Origin: Candidatus Symbiothrix sp.
Lineage (GTDB): Bacteria > Bacteroidota > Bacteroidia > Bacteroidales > Azobacteroidaceae
Assembly (NCBI GenBank): GCA_031290435.1
Contig: JAITNQ010000004.1
Coordinates: 442 to 64,441, forward strand
Length of the DNA stretch: 64,000 bases
Direction of reading: 5' to 3'
Made by a program: the position numbers and the translations under genes. The notes beneath the pieces are model-generated. The model saw only the letters and a list, made by a program, of their open reading frames with translations, did not search any database and was not told the origin of the DNA. Shown here one piece after another: positions 1 through 9,870 of this stretch. Numbering within the stretch: the first letter of the stretch is position 1; each line of letters starts with the position of its first letter.

Positions 1-358
1 GTGTAAAATAAATTTTAACGGGATAGGATATGGAAATTTGGTTAGCCATACTGACGGCAAAATAATTCTCAAAAATCAAGAATTATTGAATGAATTGAAC
101 AAGAGGTCTAAAGACAAAACAGAGGTATTGACTTTTGAGAATATTGCCTATTTTATGAACATGAATAAAACCGATGACTTTCTGAACTTGTGTAACGGAC
201 ATGATGTTACCGCATTATTATCGTTGATCATTGGCGGTCAGGTTTCATATACAGAGTTTTGCAGGCATTTAAGATTGTCATTTAATTTTAATGAATTCCG
301 TAAAACAAAATTATACACTGAAATATTTGATTGGCAAAAGAAAATATTTATAAAATGA
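1..358 (+). CDS. 3' end of a probable DUF4435-like (TOPRIM-related) protein, truncated by the window edge
   Basis: Frame is open from base 2 (CKINFNGIGYGNLVSH...) to TGA at 358; CNGHD motif followed by ...LRLSFNFNEFRKTKLY resembles DUF4435 C-termini; AT-rich. Confidence 0.5.
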   Translation, partial: CKINFNGIGYGNLVSHTDGKIILKNQELLNELNKRSKDKTEVLTFENIAYFMNMNKTDDFLNLCNGHDVTALLSLIIGGQVSYTEFCRHLRLSFNFNEFRKTKLYTEIFDWQKKIFIK

Positions 359-487
359 AATAAATGACAGTAACACGCTACATAAACTCAAGAGAAAGGG
401 AACGTATTTTTCTGACCATGATTAATTATTATTCCCATCCTATACGATTTTCTTATCCAATTATGCATTTATTTCATAATAAAGTTA

Positions 488-495
488 TATATTTG
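488..495 (+). promoter_or_regulatory. Bacteroidetes sigma-A -7 box upstream of purD
   Basis: TATATTTG matches TAnnTTTG, 46 nt before the ATG. Confidence 0.6.
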
Positions 496-541
496 CTCTC
501 CATTTCAAAAAAAACAGCGTAAAATCTATGGAGGTTCGTTT

Positions 542-1813
542 ATGAATATTATACTTTTAGGTTCCGGAGGAAGAGAGCATGCTTTGGCTTGGAAAATAAA
601 GCAAAGTCCTAAGATAGACAGGCTTTTTATTGCACCCGGAAATGCCGGAACTGCTCAGGTAGGCATCAATGTGCCAATTGCAGCAACTGATTTTGAGGTC
701 TTAAAAAAAACAGTTTTGGAAAATGACATTAAAATGGTTGTTGTAGGGCCGGAGGACCCATTGGTGAAAGGCGTTTATGATTTCTTTAAGCAAGATGCGG
801 AACTGAAAAATATTCCGGTCATCGGCCCTTCTCAACAAGGAGCACAATTAGAAGGCAGTAAAGATTTTGCTAAAGCATTCATGATGCGGCATAAAATTCC
901 AACGGCGCAATACCTAAGTGTGACGAAAGAAAATCTTTCTCAGGGAGTTGGTTTTCTCGCATCACTAAAACCGCCTTATGTACTCAAGGCCGATGGATTG
1001 GCTGCCGGCAAAGGCGTTTTGATTATCGACAATTTGTCGGAGGCTCAAAAAGAATTAAACGCCATGCTGAACGGTCGCTTCGGTAAAGCCGGCGAAAAAG
1101 TAGTAATTGAAGAATTCCTTTCGGGAATCGAATGTTCTGTTTTTGTAATGACCGACGGCAAATCCTACAAAATCTTGCCGGAAGCCAAAGATTACAAACG
1201 TATCGGCGAAAAAGATACCGGTCTGAATACAGGCGGAATGGGTGCCGTATCCCCCGTTTCTTTTGTTGACCGTGATTTTATGAAAAAAGTAGAAGAACGG
1301 ATTGTTATACCAACCATCGAAGGATTGAAAGCGGAAAAAATTGATTACAAGGGATTTATATTTCTTGGCCTGATTAATGTAAACGACAATCCGGTGGTAA
1401 TTGAGTACAATTGCCGGTTGGGTGACCCGGAAACCGAAGTCGTGATACCAAGAATTCAATCCGATTTTGTTGATTTGCTGAATGGTATTGCACAAGAAAA
1501 TTTAGCTGAAAAAAAACTGCTTATTGATGAGCGTTCCGCAACAACCGTTATGTTGGTTTCAGGCGGCTATCCGGGCGATTATGAAAAGGGGAAAATTATT
1601 TCGGGATTAGATAAATTGGAGAATAGCCTCATTTTTCACGCGGGAACTGTTGAAAAAGACGAAAAAATATTGACGAATGGCGGTCGGGTAATAGCAGTCA
1701 CTTCCTATGGAAAAAACAAAAATGAAGCTTTAGAACAATCTTTCAAAAATGCGGAAATTATTTGTTTTGACGGAAAATATTATCGGAAAGACATTGGGTT
1801 TGATTTGGCATAA
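542..1813 (+). CDS. purD: Phosphoribosylamine--glycine ligase
   Basis: GSGGREHALAWK, LEGSKDFAK, KADGLAAGKGV, GLNTGGMGA and EYNCRLGDPET motifs. Confidence 0.98.
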   Translation: MNIILLGSGGREHALAWKIKQSPKIDRLFIAPGNAGTAQVGINVPIAATDFEVLKKTVLENDIKMVVVGPEDPLVKGVYDFFKQDAELKNIPVIGPSQQGAQLEGSKDFAKAFMMRHKIPTAQYLSVTKENLSQGVGFLASLKPPYVLKADGLAAGKGVLIIDNLSEAQKELNAMLNGRFGKAGEKVVIEEFLSGIECSVFVMTDGKSYKILPEAKDYKRIGEKDTGLNTGGMGAVSPVSFVDRDFMKKVEERIVIPTIEGLKAEKIDYKGFIFLGLINVNDNPVVIEYNCRLGDPETEVVIPRIQSDFVDLLNGIAQENLAEKKLLIDERSATTVMLVSGGYPGDYEKGKIISGLDKLENSLIFHAGTVEKDEKILTNGGRVIAVTSYGKNKNEALEQSFKNAEIICFDGKYYRKDIGFDLA

Positions 1814-2745
1814 TGAACATTGACAAAATTCACAAATCGTTTGTATCCAGCCATTTGTTGCTATTATGCACACTACTTGGTTTTTTAGGTTTGCGTGTGT
1901 ACGATGCCGGCGGCGATTGGACTAACCTCCATTGCTGGATGAGTACCATTATCCAAATCGGTATTGCGCTCTTGCTCTTACAACTAAACCTTGTTTTTAC
2001 TATTATCAGGAACCGAACCCTGCTTCCGGCAATTTTTTATTTGGTTTTTGCAAGTGGCAATGCATCATTCGCCTTTGATTCGGCAGGGAGTATTGCCGCA
2101 CTCTGTGTGCTGGTCGGTTATTTCTTTTTATTCAATTCCTATCAGCAATCGGAATCACAAATCAATGCTTTGAATATTTCACTTTTGCTGACTTTAGGTA
2201 GTTTATTTCGGCCGCAATTGCTGCTGTTTTTTCCTGTTTTTTGGTATGGTTTCCATCGTTTTCATAGCTTCAATTTACGGGTATTTATGGCAAGCATCAT
2301 CGGTGTTTTTGTGGTTTATTTATTCATTTTCACAGGCTCTGTCTATGCGGAAAATTGGCATATTTTCTTTTCGACTATACCTGAACCAAGTAAATGGTTA
2401 TCTATACAAAAACCGGATTTTGCATTATTTCATTGGATCGTCATCGGTTTTACTTCCTTAATTTGTTTATTGACAGGATTTAATTTATTTGGTTTCGGGC
2501 TTTCTGAAAAAATCCGGACGGTTTCTATTCTGAATTACCTGTATATTTCTTCTTTCATCATTTTTATACCCTTCATTTTACAAAGTAAATACCAAACAAG
2601 TTGGTCGCTGATAATCTGTCTTCCTGTAGCTATCCTTTTATCACATTTATTTACCTTGTCTAACAGGAAGTACATCAAATACATGATGCTGTTTTTTTTC
2701 TTTTTCCTTCTGGGAATGAATTTTCTACAGCGTTTTTACCCGTAA
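1813..2745 (+). CDS. Conserved Bacteroidetes multi-pass membrane protein (DUF6427-like)
   Basis: About 9 hydrophobic segments; start overlaps the purD stop (TAATG). Confidence 0.65.
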   Translation: MNIDKIHKSFVSSHLLLLCTLLGFLGLRVYDAGGDWTNLHCWMSTIIQIGIALLLLQLNLVFTIIRNRTLLPAIFYLVFASGNASFAFDSAGSIAALCVLVGYFFLFNSYQQSESQINALNISLLLTLGSLFRPQLLLFFPVFWYGFHRFHSFNLRVFMASIIGVFVVYLFIFTGSVYAENWHIFFSTIPEPSKWLSIQKPDFALFHWIVIGFTSLICLLTGFNLFGFGLSEKIRTVSILNYLYISSFIIFIPFILQSKYQTSWSLIICLPVAILLSHLFTLSNRKYIKYMMLFFFFFLLGMNFLQRFYP

Positions 2746-3378
2746 CATTTCTCTTTTTCCGGGAGGTCCGGGTAGGCGTTCTACACAAAAACCGGCTTGT
2801 AACATCATCCGGCGAACACTTCCTTTGGCACAATAAGTAGTAAGCATCCCGCCTGGGTTCATCGAAGAAAATACTTTGTCGAATAATTCCTGTGACCAGA
2901 CTTCAGGTTGTTTATCCGGTGCAAAAGCATCATAATAAACCACATCGTAAAATTCAGGAAAATCGAAATCCGAAAAGTCGGTTTGTATTTTACAAAGATT
3001 AAAAAACGGCGTAAGCTGCACAGGAAATGCCCATTCACTCTGGTGTATTGTTGGGTATAAGTCCCTATCTGTTCCCGGATAATTGAGTTTTTCCACAATT
3101 TCCTGCGGCAATGGAAATTTTTCCAAACCAGTATAAAAGACCTTTACCTTCCTCTTTTCTGCTTCCAAGGCCGTTAACAAAGCATTCAAACCTGTTCCGA
3201 AACCAAATTCGAGGACATGGATTTCAGGTTTCATACATTGATTGAATCCAGCCTCAATGTAAACATGCCGTGATTCCTGCATAGCCCCATTGATCGAATG
3301 ATAATGTTCATCCAATTCCGGAACGAAAAGCGTGGAAGAGCCGTCAGCCGTAGATTCAATTATTACTTTTTTCATCAA
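2725..3378 (-). CDS. mnmD: tRNA mnm5s2U34 methyltransferase (stand-alone MnmC methyltransferase domain)
   Basis: DGSSTL..EHYHS, LEFGFGTGLN, YYDAFAPDKQPEVW, LPGPPGKREM. Confidence 0.9.
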   Translation of the reverse strand: MMKKVIIESTADGSSTLFVPELDEHYHSINGAMQESRHVYIEAGFNQCMKPEIHVLEFGFGTGLNALLTALEAEKRKVKVFYTGLEKFPLPQEIVEKLNYPGTDRDLYPTIHQSEWAFPVQLTPFFNLCKIQTDFSDFDFPEFYDVVYYDAFAPDKQPEVWSQELFDKVFSSMNPGGMLTTYCAKGSVRRMMLQAGFCVERLPGPPGKREMLRVKTL

Positions 3379-3769
3379 ACGGTAAAGGAAGTTCTTTTCT
3401 GAATGCCGTAGCCGTAAACAAGGCTATCAATTCCTGCTCTTGATTGGTAACAGACACTTCGAACGTTGCTAATTTTTTATGAACATGCACCGCTTTGGCT
3501 TCCGCAAAAAGCGTCCCGCTTCCAACGCCTTTGAAATAGCGTATGCTCGTTTCAACCGACATGGCAAGATTTCCGTAAGCGTTCACCGCCGCCGCAAAAG
3601 CCAAATCGGCTAAGGTGAAAATCGCACCGCCCTGCACTACATTACCGGCATTGAGATGCATATCGCAAATTTCCATTTTTGCCAAGGCTTTTCCCGGCTC
3701 AACTTCCAGTAATTCGACACCTGAAAATGCGGCGTAACGGTCGTTTTTGAAAAATTCTTTGATGGTCAT
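3356..3769 (-). CDS. PaaI family hotdog-fold thioesterase
   Basis: HLNAGNVVQGGAIFTLAD motif. Confidence 0.9.
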   Translation of the reverse strand: MTIKEFFKNDRYAAFSGVELLEVEPGKALAKMEICDMHLNAGNVVQGGAIFTLADLAFAAAVNAYGNLAMSVETSIRYFKGVGSGTLFAEAKAVHVHKKLATFEVSVTNQEQELIALFTATAFRKELPLPFDEKSNN

Positions 3770-3829
3770 GACTTGTTTTTTTACAAATTTATATGCGTTT
3801 TTCTATTTCTTTTTGATATGCATGGTACT

Positions 3830-4924
3830 TTATTCCAATAAACGAATTTCCTCACTCACATCTGCCCAGGCCAAGTAAGACGGATGCACATGATTCAGGT
3901 ACTTCAATATCTTGAACGCATTGAAATACTGAAAAAACCGTTTGCGAAAATTGGGAAGCGATGCCGTATGCCGGTTTATTTCCATTATTTTCGGCAGGAA
4001 TCCGTCTGCATCTAAAAAGGAAACAAGATATTCCGGCAAATCCCGAATGAGCATTGCGGTTTCATTTTCTGTTTTTTTGAAAAAAAAATCTATCCGGTCG
4101 AAAAGTTGTTTCAATGTCCGGAAAGCTGCTACCTGATAAGAAAGTTTTATGAACCGGTTTTCATGTAACATTTTTCGTAAAGCCGGGCCGGTTCCAAAAG
4201 GAACTCGATCCGAAAGCCTTGCCGCAGGATAAACTTTTGTTGTATCAATAAATTTAGTCTTTCCCAATGGAAAAACTTTCTGAAGGAAATAAAAATCTTC
4301 ACCTGATTGTTGCTTTCCCATACCCCCCGCTTTGAGGTAGGTTTCGACTGTAACGGCAAAAGCGGAACCGATGGTATAATAAGGATAAGGATAGCCGCAA
4401 AAAGCCAATGCGGAGCGGTAATAACGCAGATATTGCTCATAAGCGTTCATGGCTTTCCGCAAGACATCCGATTCGTCCAAGTGTTCAACCGGATGATGAA
4501 AATCAATGGTAGCCGAATGCAATCCGTATTGTTTGAAATTCCTGTAAATTTCCGTCAAATAATTCTTTTCTACCAAGCAATCGGCATCTAAGCTCACGAT
4601 AATACCCAACTTCCGGCCTTTGAAATGCCTGACAGCCTCATCCATTCCCAATTTTCGCGGCAAACCTGCCCCAGTCTGATGCCCGGGCAAGTTTTCAACG
4701 AAGAGGGGCGTCAGGCAAAAAAAGGCCGAGTTGTATTCACGTGCAAAATCCATCGCTTCCAGATAGGTGAGCCTGTTAAGCGCTACAACTTCCTCGGAAT
4801 CAATTTGATAAGAATTGATTAAAAGAATAATTTCGACCTGAAAATCGCCCCGGACGCAATCAAAAATACTTTGAAGGGTTTTTATTACGTCCGGTTCTTT
4901 ATAACAGGGAATAACAACAATCAA
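3830..4924 (-). CDS. Glycosyltransferase, GT-A fold (family 2-like)
   Basis: N-terminal VVIPCYKE, DxD motif SLDADC, GEDFYFLQK; TTG start. Confidence 0.8.
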   Translation of the reverse strand: MIVVIPCYKEPDVIKTLQSIFDCVRGDFQVEIILLINSYQIDSEEVVALNRLTYLEAMDFAREYNSAFFCLTPLFVENLPGHQTGAGLPRKLGMDEAVRHFKGRKLGIIVSLDADCLVEKNYLTEIYRNFKQYGLHSATIDFHHPVEHLDESDVLRKAMNAYEQYLRYYRSALAFCGYPYPYYTIGSAFAVTVETYLKAGGMGKQQSGEDFYFLQKVFPLGKTKFIDTTKVYPAARLSDRVPFGTGPALRKMLHENRFIKLSYQVAAFRTLKQLFDRIDFFFKKTENETAMLIRDLPEYLVSFLDADGFLPKIMEINRHTASLPNFRKRFFQYFNAFKILKYLNHVHPSYLAWADVSEEIRLLE

Positions 4925-4929
4925 TCCAA

Positions 4930-5535
4930 CTACTCTTTTGTAGGTTTATAACGCGCATTCAAAAAAGTAACCACCGCTTTCGTTATATCATAGGAATCTT
5001 CGGCATAAAAAATAGTGCTGTTTTCTACGCTACCGAAAATAAACTGGTATTTGACAGGCGTATTGAACACTTTCAGCGCCGACAAAATAGTATCTTGCAC
5101 CTGTTTGTTTATTCGGTCTTGTTCTATAGCCAATTCCTCCTGAAGGCGAGATTGATACTCTACCAAATCATTCTGCTGTTTTGATAAACGAGCTTCCTCT
5201 TGTTGTTGTCTTTCAGGAGTTAAATAAGCATTCGCTTGCGCTTTTTGGTAATACTCTTGCAGTTGCTTTTCGTATGCCATGCGACGTTGATTAAAAGCAA
5301 CGCGGCCATTTTCTAATTTTTTCATTATGGACTCATTCATATCAAGATAAAATTGATAATTCTTGATAAGAGAATCCGTGCGGATATAAGCTATCGGCAG
5401 TTTATATCCAATTGAGTCGGTATTGACACCTGCCTCTGGGTTAGAGGAACCTTCTTTCTTTGAAAATAGCAAAAAAAACAAAACAAGTATTGCTATTGCC
5501 AAAACTCCACTAATAATGTAATTCGTACGATTCAT
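4930..5535 (-). CDS. OmpH/Skp family periplasmic chaperone
   Basis: N-terminal TM anchor, IAYIRTDSL, long coiled coil, YDITKAVVTFLN ending. Confidence 0.85.
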   Translation of the reverse strand: MNRTNYIISGVLAIAILVLFFLLFSKKEGSSNPEAGVNTDSIGYKLPIAYIRTDSLIKNYQFYLDMNESIMKKLENGRVAFNQRRMAYEKQLQEYYQKAQANAYLTPERQQQEEARLSKQQNDLVEYQSRLQEELAIEQDRINKQVQDTILSALKVFNTPVKYQFIFGSVENSTIFYAEDSYDITKAVVTFLNARYKPTKE

Positions 5536-5732
5536 AAATTATTTGTTAATTGTTTGTATAGATTATATATTCAGCAAATTGAATAAAGATTTCTCTCTAT
5601 CCTATCTGTCTTTCGTCGTGCAAATATAATTTAAAATATTCTTAAAATCTTTCATTTGCTTGATTATTGTGCATTTTTTTCGTAACTTTATGCTTTCAAT
5701 TCACTTTTTAAACATACTTAATAATTTATTTT

Positions 5733-7190
5733 ATGCAAATTACAGATTTAAAACCTACTTTGGTCTGGGATTTTTTCCATCAAATCACCCAAGTTCCACG
5801 CCCTTCAAAAAAAGAAGGGAAAATAGTTCATTTTTTGCTCAATTTTGCAAAACAATACGACTTGGCAGCAAAACAAGACGGAGCCAATAATGTGCTTATC
5901 CTTAAACCGGCCACACCGGGCAAAGAAAACCTGAAAACAATCGTATTGCAATCGCATGTAGATATGGTCTGCGAGAAAAATAGCGATATTGAATTCAATT
6001 TCGAAACGGACGCCATTCAAACACGGATAGACGGCGAATGGCTGAAAGCTACCGGAACTACTTTAGGCGCTGACGATGGGATCGGCATGGCGGCTGCTAT
6101 GGCCATTTTGATTTCAAAAGATATTGAACACGGACCGCTTGCCTGTCTTTTCACTTCCGATGAAGAAACCGGTTTAACAGGCGCTTATGCACTCCAAAAA
6201 GATTTTCTGAACGGAGATATCCTGCTTAATTTAGACAGCGAAGAATGGGGCGAATTTTGCATCGGTTGCGCCGGAGGCAAAAATACGATGGGTACTTTTA
6301 CCTATGAAAAAAAACCGGTTCCACAAGATTATTTCTGGTTCGAGGTACGGGTTAGCGGGCTGAACGGAGGCCATTCCGGCAGTGAGATCAATACAGGTCT
6401 GGGTAATGCCAATAAAATCCTCACACGGTATCTATGGCAATTGCGGCAAGAATCACCTTTGGCGCTTTCCCGCATCGACGGAGGAAATCTGAGTAATGCC
6501 ATTGCCCGCGAAGCAGTTGCCGTTGCCGGTGTCCCGTTCGCATCCAAGGAAAGGCTGAGCGCAATCCTGAATGTTTTACAAGCCGAACTTTCGGCCGAAT
6601 TAGCCAAAGTAGATAAAAACGTGCAACTTTCCATCCGGTCTGTTGAAACACCGCCGTTTTGTATTGATGCTAACACCGGCAACAATCTTTTGAATGCACT
6701 GTATGCTTTACCACACGGCGTAATAGGAATGAGTCATGAAATACCGGGCTTGGTAGAAACTTCAACCAATCTGGCATCGGTGAAAATGAAAGAAGAAGGA
6801 AAAATCTTGGTGACAACCAGTCAGCGCAGTTCTACCGGCTCTTTGAAAATCAATGTGGTCAATATCGTGAAATCCGTATTCAATCTGGCAGGTGCGGAAA
6901 TCCACGAAACAGAAGGTTATCCAGGATGGAAACCCAATCCGGATTCCGCTATTCTGAAAGTATCGGAAAAAGTATTTGAAAATCTTTTCGCTGAAAAACC
7001 CAAAGTAATTGCCATCCATGCAGGTTTGGAATGTGGTTTGTTCTTCGAAAAAAACCCGGGATTGGATATGATTTCTTGTGGGCCTACCATTATGGGCGCC
7101 CATTCTCCCGACGAAAGAATAGAAATCGCTACTGTAGAAAAATGGTGGAAATTCTTGCTTGAATTGCTAAAAGCGATTCCTGCAAAATAA
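5733..7190 (+). CDS. pepD: Aminoacyl-histidine dipeptidase (M20 family)
   Basis: LQSHVDMV, TTLGADDGIG, DEETGL, NLDSEE, HAGLECG, AHSPDE. Confidence 0.95.
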   Translation: MQITDLKPTLVWDFFHQITQVPRPSKKEGKIVHFLLNFAKQYDLAAKQDGANNVLILKPATPGKENLKTIVLQSHVDMVCEKNSDIEFNFETDAIQTRIDGEWLKATGTTLGADDGIGMAAAMAILISKDIEHGPLACLFTSDEETGLTGAYALQKDFLNGDILLNLDSEEWGEFCIGCAGGKNTMGTFTYEKKPVPQDYFWFEVRVSGLNGGHSGSEINTGLGNANKILTRYLWQLRQESPLALSRIDGGNLSNAIAREAVAVAGVPFASKERLSAILNVLQAELSAELAKVDKNVQLSIRSVETPPFCIDANTGNNLLNALYALPHGVIGMSHEIPGLVETSTNLASVKMKEEGKILVTTSQRSSTGSLKINVVNIVKSVFNLAGAEIHETEGYPGWKPNPDSAILKVSEKVFENLFAEKPKVIAIHAGLECGLFFEKNPGLDMISCGPTIMGAHSPDERIEIATVEKWWKFLLELLKAIPAK

Positions 7191-7218
7191 AAACCCTTGA
7201 AAAACGTTTATTATTTGT

Positions 7219-7310
7219 ATCCGTCATTGCGAGGGCGTAGCCCAAAGCAATGCAGTTCCTCCCCTCTCTCTTGTGAGGAGAGGTACCGGATTGTTTATGC
7301 AATGACGGAT
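7219..7310. repeat. Nested palindromic REP/RPE-like element
   Basis: Perfect 12-bp terminal IR ATCCGTCATTGC/GCAATGACGGAT enclosing GGGC-GTA-GCCC, AAGCAAT/ATTGTTT and CCTCTC...GAGAGG hairpins. Confidence 0.8.
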
Positions 7311-7335
7311 TACATTAATTATTTTATTTCGCGCT

Positions 7336-8826
7336 ATGCCTAAATCGCATTGTTTTGTATATTTACTGCTTATTTCTTTACCGGCGATTTTTTTTGCCTG
7401 TAACAATGATTTTGAGAATTATTCCGTTAATCCTCAACACACGCTCACATTCTCTACCGATACGCTTGCTTTCGATACGGTGCTGACTACGGTCAATTCG
7501 CCGCTTCGGTACTTTAAAGTGTATAACAGAAACAGCAAACCACTCCTTATCTCCTCTGTTACTTTAGCCGCTGGAACCGATAGTAATTATAAAATTAACG
7601 TTGACGGCTTTGCCGGATTAACATTCGAAAATATTGAAATCGGAGCCAACGATAGTATCTATGTTTTAGTGGATATTAAGCCTGTTGAAACCGGACAGTT
7701 TACGCCCGCCTTGCTGAACGATTATGTGGTTTTTACTACGAACAATGTCCGTCAGGAAGTAGTGTTATCGGCTTATGGACAGGATGTATTTACTTGGAAA
7801 GGCATAACTTTAACTTCCGATTCGCTCTTAGACAATCAAAAACCCTATTTGATTTATGACAGTTTGGTTGTCGAAACGGGCGCAAGGCTCACTATCAACG
7901 AAGGCGCCGTTTTTTATATGCACAACAATGCCCAACTGATTGTAAGAGGAACCGTAATAGTGAAAGGAAGCCTTGAACACCCGGTTGTCTTCAGGGGAAG
8001 TCGCACGGATGATATTGTCAATATCCCTTACGATCGTATACCCGGCCAATGGGGTGGAATTTGTTTTGCACCGGATAGTTACGAAAATGTATTTGAAAAT
8101 GTACATATCCGAAATGGAAAATTCGGAATGGATTTTGCCCTATCGGAACCCACCCGGAACAAAATAATCATGAAAAATGTAGTCCTGACAAATGTTTCAG
8201 GTACATTGCTCAATGCGGTGAATTGTGATATTGTCGCTGAAAATTGCGAATTTTCTAATGCCCGATACGCCCTGTTGAATTTAACCGGCGGCTCTTACCG
8301 TTTTACACATTGTACGTTGGCTAATTTTTATCCGGTCGCTCCGGATGCAGGATGGCTGAATTCCGACAATGAAACTCTGATTCTTGCCGATACATACTAT
8401 CCGGAATCAGGAGAAGAAGAAAAATATTTTCCCATCCTCAGCGCTACGTTTTCCAATACTATTATCTGGGGCGCCAAATTAACATCCGGCATCAAAATTG
8501 AACAAGACCCGGCATCTGAAATTCATTATATTTTCAGCAATTGCTTGCTTCCAAATGAAGGCTCTAACGATGACCATTTTATCGCTTGTATTTTCCGGAA
8601 AGACCCTTTGTTTACGGATAATGCATTTCTGGATGAGGCAAAAGACAAAAATGAGCGAAATGTCTATGCCACCTTTGATTTCAGTTTACAGGAAAAATCA
8701 CCGGCGCGTGATATTGCCGACCCAGACATTGCAAGGACTGTCCCGTATGATATAAAAGGATTTTACCGGTTCACGGACGGGCAACCTGATTTAGGCGCTT
8801 ACGAATACAAAACAGAAAATAAATAA
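7336..8826 (+). CDS. Lipoprotein with an Ig-like N-terminus and a right-handed beta-helix region
   Basis: Lipobox FFA-C-NND; repeated beta-helix-like strands; C-terminal D..G..R...PDLGAYEY. Confidence 0.7.
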   Translation: MPKSHCFVYLLLISLPAIFFACNNDFENYSVNPQHTLTFSTDTLAFDTVLTTVNSPLRYFKVYNRNSKPLLISSVTLAAGTDSNYKINVDGFAGLTFENIEIGANDSIYVLVDIKPVETGQFTPALLNDYVVFTTNNVRQEVVLSAYGQDVFTWKGITLTSDSLLDNQKPYLIYDSLVVETGARLTINEGAVFYMHNNAQLIVRGTVIVKGSLEHPVVFRGSRTDDIVNIPYDRIPGQWGGICFAPDSYENVFENVHIRNGKFGMDFALSEPTRNKIIMKNVVLTNVSGTLLNAVNCDIVAENCEFSNARYALLNLTGGSYRFTHCTLANFYPVAPDAGWLNSDNETLILADTYYPESGEEEKYFPILSATFSNTIIWGAKLTSGIKIEQDPASEIHYIFSNCLLPNEGSNDDHFIACIFRKDPLFTDNAFLDEAKDKNERNVYATFDFSLQEKSPARDIADPDIARTVPYDIKGFYRFTDGQPDLGAYEYKTENK

Positions 8827-8830
8827 TAAA

Positions 8831-9859
8831 ATGAAACCAAAACCGATAGGATTACTACTCCTCTTGTTATCTTTTTTTTCCGCTTACGGGCAAACCAATT
8901 TTCGGGTAATGTTTTATAATGTGGAAAATTTGTTCGATACCCTTGATAATCCGGAGAAAAATGACAACGAATTTCTTCCGGATGGCGCCAGACATTGGAC
9001 TGTGGGACGATACAACAACAAAATAAACAATATCGCGAAAGTCATTACATCGGCCGGAGAATGGGATGACCCGGCACTGCTGGGAATGTGCGAGGTGGAA
9101 AACGACAAAACACTGAAAGACTTAACGCAATACTCCCCATTGAGAAAAGCGGATTACCGTTATGTCATAACCGAATCGCCGGATATCAGGGGAATCAATG
9201 TAGCCTTGCTCTACCGGCGGGATAAGTTCAAATACCTGACGCATAAAGCCTATACCATCCGGTTTCCTTACAATGCCCGAAAGAAAACACGGGATATTCT
9301 ACATGTTACCGGTTTGGTGGCAAGTATGGACACCTTGGATGTGTTTGTTTGCCATTTCCCTTCCAGACGAGGCGGGGAAAAAGAATCGGAAAACGACCGC
9401 AAATATGTGGCATCCATCCTTAAAAGTAAAACCGATAGTTTGCTGAAAATCAGGAAGAACGCCTACCTCGTTATTATGGGTGACTTCAACGATGAACCCT
9501 CAAATATAAGTGTATCAAATACACTTAATGCAAAACCCATTACACAAAATATCAATCCGACCGGTTTATACAATTTGTTTCTGCCGTTTGAGAAGCGGAA
9601 CAATACAGGAAGTTATAAATACGGGAAACAGTGGAATATGCTGGACCAAATCATAGTTTCCGGCAATTTGATAGAAGGAAGTCAATCAATACGGGTGCAG
9701 CCGTCTACTGCAACAATTTTCCGCCGTGATTTTATGCTGACGGAAGATAAAACGCACGGCGGAAAACGGCTTAAAAAAACGTTTCACGGCTATCATCACG
9801 AAGGAGGATACAGTGATCATTTACCTGTATATGTTGATTTTACAATTACTGCTTTTTAA
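8831..9859 (+). CDS. Exported endonuclease/exonuclease/phosphatase family protein
   Basis: Signal peptide; FYNVENLFD, CEVEN, HFPSR, MGDFNDEP, LDQII, SDHLPV. Confidence 0.92.
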   Translation: MKPKPIGLLLLLLSFFSAYGQTNFRVMFYNVENLFDTLDNPEKNDNEFLPDGARHWTVGRYNNKINNIAKVITSAGEWDDPALLGMCEVENDKTLKDLTQYSPLRKADYRYVITESPDIRGINVALLYRRDKFKYLTHKAYTIRFPYNARKKTRDILHVTGLVASMDTLDVFVCHFPSRRGGEKESENDRKYVASILKSKTDSLLKIRKNAYLVIMGDFNDEPSNISVSNTLNAKPITQNINPTGLYNLFLPFEKRNNTGSYKYGKQWNMLDQIIVSGNLIEGSQSIRVQPSTATIFRRDFMLTEDKTHGGKRLKKTFHGYHHEGGYSDHLPVYVDFTITAF

Positions 9860-9870
9860 TCGAACCGAAT

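Noticed and set aside
364-522. 52-codon ORF (MTVTRYINSRE...) between the DUF4435-like gene and purD, and an attC-like TAAC near 371
   Set aside because: The ORF runs across the purD promoter and has no recognisable motif; no matching GTTRRRY arm for an attC site
4072-4088. T7/A9 homopolymers in the GT2 gene as a phase-variation switch
   Set aside because: A8-A9 and T8 runs occur throughout the window, including purD; the frame is intact
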